Assembly (NCBI GenBank): GCA_034666965.1 | Contig: JAXDKT010000061.1 | Span: 457-64,456, forward strand | Origin: Chloroflexota bacterium | GTDB taxonomy: Bacteria; Chloroflexota; Limnocylindria; Limnocylindrales; CSP1-4 | Direction of reading: 5' to 3' | Length of the DNA: 64,000 bases | Shown here: one piece after another, positions 29,101 through 35,876 of the stretch | How the letters are laid out: every line of letters starts with the position of its first letter | How positions within the stretch are numbered: the stretch's first letter is position 1 | Position numbers and translations under genes: made by a program | The notes under the pieces: generated by a model | Databases searched by the model: none | What the model was told of the DNA's origin: nothing | Seen by the model: only the letters and a program-made list of their open reading frames with translations

Positions 29101-29469
29101 ACCATCCCCGACGATGGCCAGGCGGGGCTGGACGGGGCAGCCGAAGCTGTCGGCAGTCCCGTGCCGGTCATCGCCGGCGGGCCCCTCGATGGGTCAGCCG
29201 AGCGCTCGCCCGATGGGTCCCGTTTCGCCCGCGACTTCGTGGGACCGACCCGCCCGAAGTCGGCCGTCTTCGGGCTCAGCCCGCGCGAGCGCGAGGTCCT
29301 CCTGCTGCTGTCGGGTGGTCGGACGAACCGAGAGATCGGCGAGCACCTGTTCATCAGCCAGAAGACCGTCGGCGTCCACGTCGGCAACATCCTGGCCAAG
29401 CTGAGCGTGTCCGGGCGGGTCGAGGCTGCGGCCGTGGCCATCCGCCTGGGCCTGACCGACCGACCCTAG
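26182..29469 (+). CDS. Large ATP-dependent LuxR-family transcriptional regulator (AAA/STAND NTPase + helical repeats + C-terminal LuxR HTH)
   Basis: 1095 aa. N-terminal FVGRQRELARL…LLISGSGGLGASRLL (P-loop-like), long Ala/Leu/Arg-rich helical (TPR-like) middle, C-terminal LSPREREVLLLLSGGRTNREIGEHLFISQKTVGVHVGNILAKL (LuxR/GerE HTH). Confidence 0.85.
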   Translation: MAARFTSARFVGRQRELARLADALESAVDGHSSTLLISGSGGLGASRLLDEAERRIALLPEPLVVIRCRARPGRVGDPYAPVAAGLERLVADLPDDELARVAGTGVEELGQLLPGIVERLGRLGVLPARPAVTDPERRQTRMLESILGMLNRIGERTPVVIALEDLQSADAGTRALATFLARVSRPGRLCVLATYQPDELIRSHPLRAALADMAEGNDPPAELPLRPFDRDELAELIEAIEGNPPSASVLLLVAERSRGNALVAEELLAARRELAGTSLTGSLDELVMARLAQRTPECRRILRLLAPAGEPLRIDELAAASAAFERSAERPAPRSSGVPRRGGGILDPDLTVGLVEAIEHGFVALDPGPNRTSESPEAPTGSDDGSGFTPGDLATLPAETTIGFRHELIARAVEADLLPPQRRRHHAALAAGLGARPGSRARHHMAAHEPGPARAAAIEAAALAEAMDAPGDTLAHLELALELDDRTIPPEGSADPAAPAGLLARAADAAFADARPIRAAAYAESAIARLDERTHRVALALLHERLGRYRRAAGDTDGSIVAHRRALRLIPASPTRERALILASLAQVRMLEGMFSESERLCREAIEVARIVGPAARGEEGHAICTLGISRAWGEEPEAGVALLREARQIAQELGRLDDIFRATANLTTALDLLGRRREAVDVAMAGIEEARSAGQEATYGNFLRGNGADSLFLLGRWDESRQLGETALEWSPVGVAYVNAVTNLAIVEVESRAGERAGRLLGRLLLELETVPDAQNSVPAYRAAASFALWRGDLEDARRVVDLGWAPIRDTEDWVLIAKMAASVVETDAAVIADARDRRDLPALASARERSREVLTAAQDAVARAGVARTIGSRREADAHLATARAFQARFDGRDDPSAWDALARTWESLEMPYQVARARWHQAEAALAAGDGRSGRGTARRPLLDAVRLARELGARPLLRELQELAGRARITIPDDGQAGLDGAAEAVGSPVPVIAGGPLDGSAERSPDGSRFARDFVGPTRPKSAVFGLSPREREVLLLLSGGRTNREIGEHLFISQKTVGVHVGNILAKLSVSGRVEAAAVAIRLGLTDRP

Positions 29470-29584
29470 GCCGCCAGGCTCGCTGAGCCTCGCCCCCGTC
29501 CCAGGCGAGCCCCTCGCGCCCGCGCTGGCGAGCCGGCTCGTCGCCTTGACGCCTCGCGGGCACCGACCGTACCATCGGTCCACA

Positions 29585-29705
29585 ACTGAAGAGCGCTTAT
29601 CAAGAGTGGCGGAGGGACCGGCCCGTTGAAGCCACGACAACCTACCGGCGTCGAGTCGGCAAGGTGCCAAGTCCGGGCAGGTCCACCCTGCGAGATAAGG
29701 GAGCT
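29585..29705 (+). promoter_or_regulatory. SAM-I (S-box) riboswitch aptamer
   Basis: GCTTATCAAGAGTGGCGGAGGGACCGGCCCGTTGAAGCCACGACAACC…GGTGCCAAGTCCGGGCAGG…GAGATAAGGG closely matches the S-box consensus. P1 is CTTATC/GATAAG, and the kink-turn and GGTGCCAA elements are present. Confidence 0.85.
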
Positions 29706-29710
29706 CTCCC

Positions 29711-29746
29711 GAGACCCTTCCTCTGCCGGAAGGGTCTTCTCGTTTC
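29711..29746 (+). terminator. Riboswitch expression-platform intrinsic terminator
   Basis: 9-10 bp GC-rich stem GACCCTTCC/GGAAGGGTC with a 6-nt loop, followed by TTCTCGTTTCC, immediately 3' of the aptamer and about 45 nt before the ThrC-like start. Confidence 0.6.
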
Positions 29747-29792
29747 CGGTCCCGGGCGCTGATGCACCAGATGGCGAGGACCGACCGAGACG

Positions 29793-31124
29793 ATGATCTC
29801 CGAGTTGATGACGACCGCGACCGAGGCAGGGCGAGGCCAGATCGCGCCCGTGAGCCGGATCCTCGGCCTGCGCTGTCGCAACTGCGCTCGGCCCGAGGTG
29901 CTCGGGCCTAACTACGTCTGCCCCGCCTGCTTCGGACCGCTCGAGGTGGCCTACGACCTCGAGCTCGTTGGCCGGCTCGTGGACCGGGCCACGATCGGTG
30001 CCCGGCCCCCCGGCATCTGGCGCTACCTCGAGCTGCTCCCCGTCGAGGCTCCGCCCGCCCGCGGCCTCCAGGTCGGCTCGACGCCACTCATCGCCGCCGA
30101 CCGGCTGGGCCCCGCCCTGGGCATCGACCGGTTGTGGATCAAGGACGACACTCGCAACCCGACGCTGTCATTCAAGGATCGCGCGGTCGCGATCGCGGCC
30201 ACCCGGGCGGTCGAGCTCGGGCTCGACGTCCTGGCCTGCGCCTCGACCGGCAACCTGGCCGGCGCGACGGCGGCGGCGGCCGCGGCCATCGGCCTGCCCG
30301 CCTACGTGTTCGTTCCGGCCGATCTCGAGCCGGCCAAGATCGACCATGCGCTGGCGTACGGCGCGACGGTGGTTCCGGTCGCCGGCACGTACGACGACGT
30401 CAACCGGCTGTGCCTCGAGGTCGCCGACGAGCTCGGCTGGGGCTTCGTCAACGTCAACCTGCGGCCGTACTACGCCGAGGGCAGCAAGACCCTCGCGTTC
30501 GAGATCGCCGAGGCGCTCGGCTGGCGCCTGCCCGACGTGATCGTGGCGCCGATCGCGTCCGGTGCGATGTATACCAAGCTGGCCAAGGGCTTCGACGAGC
30601 TGGCCGCGGTCGGGCTCATCGAGCGGACGCCGGTCCGCTTCGTCGGCGGCCAGGCGGCCGGTTGCGCGCCGGTGGCGAGCGCCTTCGTCACGGGCGGCGA
30701 CGTCATCGAGCCGGTCCGGTTCCCGGACACGATCGTCCGCTCGCTGGCGATCGGCAACCCGGCCGACGGCCGCTACGCGGTCGAGCTCGCCCGCGCGTCC
30801 GGTGGATCGATCGAGGCGATCCCGGACGAGGCGACCGCCGCGGCCATCGGCCAGGTCGCGACCCTGGAGGGGATCTATCCGGAGACGGCCGGGGGTGTCA
30901 CCCTGGCCGCCGCCGAGGGCGCCCGCCGGACTGGCGTCATCCGGGCCGGTGACGAGGTGGTCGCCCTGCTGACCGGCAACGGCGTCAAGACCCCCGATGC
31001 AATCCGATTCGACGCCGGCCAGGGTGACCGCGGCCGGCCGACGGCGGCCGGTCGTGGCCGCCCCGGGTTGGCTGCGACGATCGCGCCCCGCTTGTCCGAG
31101 TTCGAGGCGTGGCTGAACCGATGA
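29793..31124 (+). CDS. Threonine-synthase-fold PLP enzyme with N-terminal Cys4 zinc-ribbon (ThrC-like; candidate O-phosphohomoserine-dependent homocysteine synthase)
   Basis: PLP-lysine motif TLSFKDRAV, glycine loop GNLAGATAAAAAA, fold-type II tail. N-terminus carries CRNCARPEV…YVCPACFG (CxxC…CxxC). Sits under the SAM riboswitch. Confidence 0.8.
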   Translation: MISELMTTATEAGRGQIAPVSRILGLRCRNCARPEVLGPNYVCPACFGPLEVAYDLELVGRLVDRATIGARPPGIWRYLELLPVEAPPARGLQVGSTPLIAADRLGPALGIDRLWIKDDTRNPTLSFKDRAVAIAATRAVELGLDVLACASTGNLAGATAAAAAAIGLPAYVFVPADLEPAKIDHALAYGATVVPVAGTYDDVNRLCLEVADELGWGFVNVNLRPYYAEGSKTLAFEIAEALGWRLPDVIVAPIASGAMYTKLAKGFDELAAVGLIERTPVRFVGGQAAGCAPVASAFVTGGDVIEPVRFPDTIVRSLAIGNPADGRYAVELARASGGSIEAIPDEATAAAIGQVATLEGIYPETAGGVTLAAAEGARRTGVIRAGDEVVALLTGNGVKTPDAIRFDAGQGDRGRPTAAGRGRPGLAATIAPRLSEFEAWLNR

Positions 31125-31486
31125 GCATCGTTCGGATCCCACCGGTGCTCCGGGTCGCGACCGGCGGGCAGAAGCAGGTCGAGGTCGCCGGGGTGACCGT
31201 CCGCGAGGTGATCGGCGGGCTGGTTGCCGCCTACCCCGGTCTCGGCGCCCAGCTGCTGGCCGGCGATGGCGACATCAACCGGTTCGTCAACGTCTTTCTC
31301 AACGACACCGACGTGCGCCATCTCCAGGCGCTCGACACGCCCGTGGACGATCGGGACACGGTCCTGCTGTTGCCGGCCATGGCCGGCGGCTCGGACGATC
31401 GTCAATGCGCCGCCTTCGGCGAGGCCGGTCGACGCGGCACTCATGGCGGGTCGTGCTCGTGTCCGGAGCGAGTCGCCCAGCGCTGA
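31121..31486 (+). CDS. MoaD/ThiS-family sulfur-carrier protein with C-terminal extension after the Gly-Gly
   Basis: About 121 aa. Beta-grasp-like (…VEVAGVTVREVIGGLVAAYPGLGAQLL…DDRDTVLLLPAMAGG) followed by a 27-aa tail (SDDRQCAAFGEAGRRGTHGGSCSCPERVAQR). ATGA overlap with the ThrC-like gene. Confidence 0.6.
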   Translation: MSIVRIPPVLRVATGGQKQVEVAGVTVREVIGGLVAAYPGLGAQLLAGDGDINRFVNVFLNDTDVRHLQALDTPVDDRDTVLLLPAMAGGSDDRQCAAFGEAGRRGTHGGSCSCPERVAQR

Positions 31487-31577
31487 CGCCGGCTTCGGGC
31501 GCGCGCCGGGGGTGGCTCGCACAACCCCGGGTCCGGCTGCGGATCCTCATTCGCCCCACACCACCAGGAGATCCCCC

Positions 31578-32045
31578 ATGGCCATCCCCGTCCGTCTCAT
31601 CGACCCGCGCGGCCAGCGTCTCGGCGCCGGCCTCTCGGCGCTGACGCTTATCGTCGCGATCGTGCTCGACCTGCCGGTGCTGGCCGCGCTGGTGGGCATT
31701 GCCCTGGCGGCCAGCGCCGTGTTTGGCACCCGCTGGTTCATCTTCGGGCGGCCCTGGCCGACCATCCGCCGCGTGCTCAAGCTGGGGCCGCCCAGCGAGC
31801 CGGAGCCGGAGGTCGGGCCGCGCTTCGCCCAGGCCCTGGGGGCCGTCGTCCTGGCCGTCGGGGCGGTCGTGCTGGTCGGCGGCATCCGGCCGTGGGGCTG
31901 GCTGCCGGCGCTCATCGTGGTGATCCTCCAGGCGACCCTGGCCCTGACCGGCTTCTGCCTCGGCTGCCGTCTGTACGGGCTGCACTGGTGGCTGCCCGAG
32001 CAGTTCGACCGGTTCGTCCTGCGCCGGGCCGGAAGCTCGGACTGA
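31578..32045 (+). CDS. DUF4395-family membrane protein
   Basis: About 155 aa with 4 TM helices (MAIPVRLIDPRGQRLGAGLSALTLIVAIV…). Only the 3' half of the track ORF 31224..32045 is protein-like. Confidence 0.55.
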   Translation: MAIPVRLIDPRGQRLGAGLSALTLIVAIVLDLPVLAALVGIALAASAVFGTRWFIFGRPWPTIRRVLKLGPPSEPEPEVGPRFAQALGAVVLAVGAVVLVGGIRPWGWLPALIVVILQATLALTGFCLGCRLYGLHWWLPEQFDRFVLRRAGSSD

Positions 32046-32122
32046 TCCCGCCATCGGATCGCAACCGAGCGGCGTCCCGGCCGGTGCCGACGGACGGGGG
32101 CGCGGTGGGGCATCCTGAACCG

Positions 32123-32935
32123 GTGAGCAGCGCAGTCGCCGGCCGGCCGTCACCGAGTGGCGGGCCGCCCGCCCCCGGCGAGGCGACGGCCGGCGGGTTC
32201 GGTGCGCCCGTCGGGGGATCGCTCAAGATTCTGGTCGCCGACGACGAGCCGGCCATGGTCGGGGTCATCGGCGCGATCCTGGGCGGGGCCGGCCATCGGA
32301 TCATCGCGGCCTACGACGGGCGCGAGGCCATCCGCCGGTTCGAGGAGGAGCGCCCCGACCTGGTCCTGCTCGACCTGGCCATGCCCGGCGTGGACGGCGC
32401 CGACGTCTGCCGCCGGATCCGGGCGGCCGGCGACACGCCGATCATCGTGGTCTCGGGAGAGAGCGATCTGGGCGTCACCGTCGAGCTGCTGGATGCCGGC
32501 GCCGACGACTACGTGCGCAAGCCCTTCCGTGCCGCCGAGCTGCTCGCCCGAGCGCGGACGGTTGTCCGGCGCCGGCGGCGGGCCCCGGCGGGCGACGGCT
32601 GGCTGGTCGATCGGAGCCGCCACGAGGTCACCTGGCGCGGCCAGCCGATCCCGCTGACGGGCACCGAGTTCCGGCTGGCCTGGCGGCTGGTCGATCGGCT
32701 CGGCGAGGTCGTCGACCGGCGCGACCTGCTGGCCTTCGCCTGGCCCGGCGTCGACGTCCCCGACCCGCTCTGGCTCAAACCCCACATGGCCCGCCTGCGG
32801 GGCAAGCTGATCGCCGCCGGAGCGCCCCTGCCCGTCGCGATCCGGGCCATCGGCTACCGACTCGACGATGCCGACGGTGACGAAACGGTCGCGACGTCCG
32901 AACCCGATCCGACGCCGAGACGGCCGCAGCCGTAA
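32123..32935 (+). CDS. OmpR-family response regulator (paralog of 45098..45799)
   Basis: Receiver (LKILVADDEPAMV…LLDLAMPGVDGADV…DDYVRKPF) plus winged helix (…LTGTEFRLAWRLV…IGYR). GTG start assumed. No cognate HK in the same operon. Confidence 0.8.
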   Translation: MSSAVAGRPSPSGGPPAPGEATAGGFGAPVGGSLKILVADDEPAMVGVIGAILGGAGHRIIAAYDGREAIRRFEEERPDLVLLDLAMPGVDGADVCRRIRAAGDTPIIVVSGESDLGVTVELLDAGADDYVRKPFRAAELLARARTVVRRRRRAPAGDGWLVDRSRHEVTWRGQPIPLTGTEFRLAWRLVDRLGEVVDRRDLLAFAWPGVDVPDPLWLKPHMARLRGKLIAAGAPLPVAIRAIGYRLDDADGDETVATSEPDPTPRRPQP

Positions 32936-33076
32936 CCGGCCCGCCGCCGATGCGACACCCGCTCACCGTCGAAACCCGGCGCCGCTCGCCCTAGGCTCGA
33001 CCGGCAGGGATCGCCCTCGCCCCAGCCTGACGCTCGTCGGTCGCGAGGACGCCCCAAAGGGAGCGAGGATCGAGCG

Positions 33077-34396
33077 ATGGGACGAAGGATCAGATATGGC
33101 CTCGGAGGCGCGGGCGCGGCCCTGACGTTGGTGGCGCTCCTGCCCGGGTCCGTGGCGGCGGCAGACGGAGGCGCGATCGACTCGGGCGACACGGCGTGGA
33201 TGCTGGCCGCGACGGCCCTGGTCATGATCATGCTGCCCGGTCTGGCCCTGTTCTATGGCGGTCTGGTCCGGCGCAAGAACGTGCTCTCGACGATCATGCA
33301 CAGCTTCTTCGGGCTGGCGCTGGTCAGCGTGGTCTGGGTCATCGTCGGCTTCAGCCTGGCCTTCGGCCCCGACGTCAACGGCTGGGGCCTGATCGGTGGC
33401 CTCGACTACGTCGGGTTCAACAACGTCGGACTCGAGCCGAGCGCCGTCTACGGCCTGACGATCCCGTTCCTGCTCTTCGCCGCATTCCAGCTGATGTTTG
33501 CGGCGATCACGCCGGCGCTGATCACGGGCGCGTTCGCCGAGCGCAAGCGGTTCGGGGCGTTCGTCGTCTTCACCGTCCTGTGGTCGGTCCTGGTCTACTC
33601 GCCGATTGCGCACTGGGTCTGGTCGGCCGACGGCTGGCTGTTCAAGCTCGGCGCGCTCGACTTCGCGGGCGGGACCGTCGTTCACGTCAGCTCGGGCGTG
33701 TCGGCCCTGATCGTGGCCATCCTCATTGGCAAGCGTGCGCTCAACGGGGACAGCCGCGAGCCCCATGACGTGCCCATGACCGTCCTTGGCGCCGGACTCC
33801 TGTGGTTCGGCTGGTTCGGGTTCAACGCAGGCTCCGCGCTGAGCGCCGGCGGGCTGGCGGCGAGCGCCTTCGTGGTCACCAACACCGCCGCGGCCGCTGC
33901 GACGCTCACCTGGGTCGGCGCGAGCTACCTGCGCACGCGCAAGGTCAGCGTGGTTGGCGCCGCCTGCGGCGCGGTGGCCGGCCTGGTCGCCATCACCCCG
34001 GCGTCCGGCTTCGTGACCGCTGGCGGCGCGCTGGTCATCGGCCTGGTCGCCGGTGGCCTGTGCTACAGCGCGACGCTGCTGCGGGCACGCTCGAAGGTCG
34101 ACGATGCCCTCGACGTCTTCGCGGTCCACGGTGTGGGTGGAGCGTTCGGCGCCGTCGCGACCGGCATCTTCGCCACGGCCGCGGTCCAGGAGGCCTACAC
34201 CGGCCTGATCGACGGTAACGCCGGACAGCTGGTCACCCAGCTGGTGGCGGTCGGCGCCACCGTCGGGTACGCGGTGGTAGCGACCTTCGTCATCATCAAG
34301 GTCGTCGACGTGATCCTCGGGATCCGCGTGCCCTCGACCCAGGAAGAGGCCGGTCTCGACCTGGCCGTCCACGGCGAAGCCGCCTATCAGGTCTAG
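33077..34396 (+). CDS. amt: Ammonium transporter (Amt family)
   Basis: 439 aa, 11 TM helices, with the Amt signatures DFAGGTVVHVSSGVSAL and GWFGFNAGSA. N-terminal signal peptide. Confidence 0.9.
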   Translation: MGRRIRYGLGGAGAALTLVALLPGSVAAADGGAIDSGDTAWMLAATALVMIMLPGLALFYGGLVRRKNVLSTIMHSFFGLALVSVVWVIVGFSLAFGPDVNGWGLIGGLDYVGFNNVGLEPSAVYGLTIPFLLFAAFQLMFAAITPALITGAFAERKRFGAFVVFTVLWSVLVYSPIAHWVWSADGWLFKLGALDFAGGTVVHVSSGVSALIVAILIGKRALNGDSREPHDVPMTVLGAGLLWFGWFGFNAGSALSAGGLAASAFVVTNTAAAAATLTWVGASYLRTRKVSVVGAACGAVAGLVAITPASGFVTAGGALVIGLVAGGLCYSATLLRARSKVDDALDVFAVHGVGGAFGAVATGIFATAAVQEAYTGLIDGNAGQLVTQLVAVGATVGYAVVATFVIIKVVDVILGIRVPSTQEEAGLDLAVHGEAAYQV

Positions 34397-34441
34397 CCGC
34401 ACCGGGCTCCGGCTGGAACCACCATCGGACCGGTGGGCGGG

Positions 34442-35698
34442 TCAGGCGCCGCCCACCGGTCCACCAGGTCCATGTGAGGCCGCCAGCTCCAGGATGAACT
34501 GGCTGCCCGTCGGCGCCCGGTCCTCGAGGCGGAGCTCGCCGCTCATCGCCCGGGCCAGGTGGCGGGCGGCGAACAGGCCGATGCCCGCACCTCTGGGCGA
34601 ATCGTCGCGCCGGACGAACGGCTCGAAGATGCGCTCACGCCACTCGGCCGGGATGCCCGGGCCGTCATCGGTGACGGCCAGCAGCACCCGGCCGCCGTCG
34701 CGCCAGCCGAAGACCTGGATCCGGCCGGCCACCGGCGCGTACTTCGTGGCGTTCTCGAGGAGATACTCGAGAACCCGGCCAAGCAGGTCGACCGAGCCGA
34801 CCGCCATCAGCGGCCGCTCGCCGAAGCTGGACTCCAGCTGGTGGCGGCGAAGGATCGATCCGAGCCGGTCGAAGATGCTGTCGACCACGCCGGCCACGTC
34901 GACCGGCCCGAGGTGCTGCGGCTCCTCGCGCAGGACGCGCAGGCTGGCCAGGATGGAGTCGACCATCGAGTCGAGCCGGTCCACCTGGCGGAGCGCCTCG
35001 GTCTCCCACCGGGCGGTCTCGCCGGCGCCGCCGCCGGCCGCCGCCGCGCCGATCAGCTCGAGGCTGGCCCGGACCACGGCCAGCGGAGTGCGCAGCTCGT
35101 GGGTCACGATCGTGACCAGGCTGGCCCGGGCCGCGTCGATCGCCCGCAGGCTGTCGACCTGCGCCTCGGCCTCGGCCTGGAGGCGACCCTTCTCGACGAT
35201 GCCGGCCAGCAGGACCGCCAGCGTCTCGAGGAACCGGACGTCGCTCCGCCGGAAGACGCGCCGCCGGACGGTCTGCACGTTGAGCACGCCCACCACCGTG
35301 TCGTTCCAGATCAGCGGGACCGAGCACATCGAGGTCAGGCGCGGCTCGTCGAGGCCCTGCAGCCAGGCGAACCGCCGGTCGCGCCGGACGTTGAGGCTCA
35401 CGATCGGGCGGCGGCTGTGGGCCACCCGTCCGGTGATCCCGCTGCCAATCGGCAGACGGGCCACCCCGACCTGGTCGCGGTCGAGCCCGTTGGTCGCGGC
35501 CAGGGTCACGCCCGAACCATCCCGATCGACGAGGTAGACCGAGCAGACCTCGGTGTCGGCGGCCGCGGTCGCGCGGTCGATGATCGTCCACATCAGCTCG
35601 TCCCAGGTCCGGGCCGAGGTGGCCAGCCGGGCGACCTCCTCGAGGAAGGTCAGCTCGGCCAGGCGGCGCGCGTCGCGGTCGGTCGTTCGCCCGGGCAT
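34442..35698 (-). CDS. GAF-domain sensor histidine kinase (paralog of 45814..47112)
   Basis: Cytoplasmic GAF (…VYLVDRDGSGVTLAATNGL…GITGRVA…VPLIWNDTVVGVLNVQ…) plus HisKA (THELRTPLAVV) plus HATPase_c (G-boxes). No TM segment. The ORF extends to 35896; MPGRTTDR… chosen as start. Confidence 0.8.
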   Translation of the reverse strand: MPGRTTDRDARRLAELTFLEEVARLATSARTWDELMWTIIDRATAAADTEVCSVYLVDRDGSGVTLAATNGLDRDQVGVARLPIGSGITGRVAHSRRPIVSLNVRRDRRFAWLQGLDEPRLTSMCSVPLIWNDTVVGVLNVQTVRRRVFRRSDVRFLETLAVLLAGIVEKGRLQAEAEAQVDSLRAIDAARASLVTIVTHELRTPLAVVRASLELIGAAAAGGGAGETARWETEALRQVDRLDSMVDSILASLRVLREEPQHLGPVDVAGVVDSIFDRLGSILRRHQLESSFGERPLMAVGSVDLLGRVLEYLLENATKYAPVAGRIQVFGWRDGGRVLLAVTDDGPGIPAEWRERIFEPFVRRDDSPRGAGIGLFAARHLARAMSGELRLEDRAPTGSQFILELAASHGPGGPVGGA

Positions 35699-35876
35699 CG
35701 ACCGATCGTGGGCCGTGGCCGGGGCGCGGTCAATCGCCCGGCGCGTACCGAAACGGTGACCGGGCCGCAACCCAGCGCCCACCGTCCCGCGCCCGTGTCG
35801 CGACTGACGCGCCGGCCCGACCGGCCTACGGTGACCATCCGACCGATGGCCCCATTCGGAGGATGACGTCAGCGCC

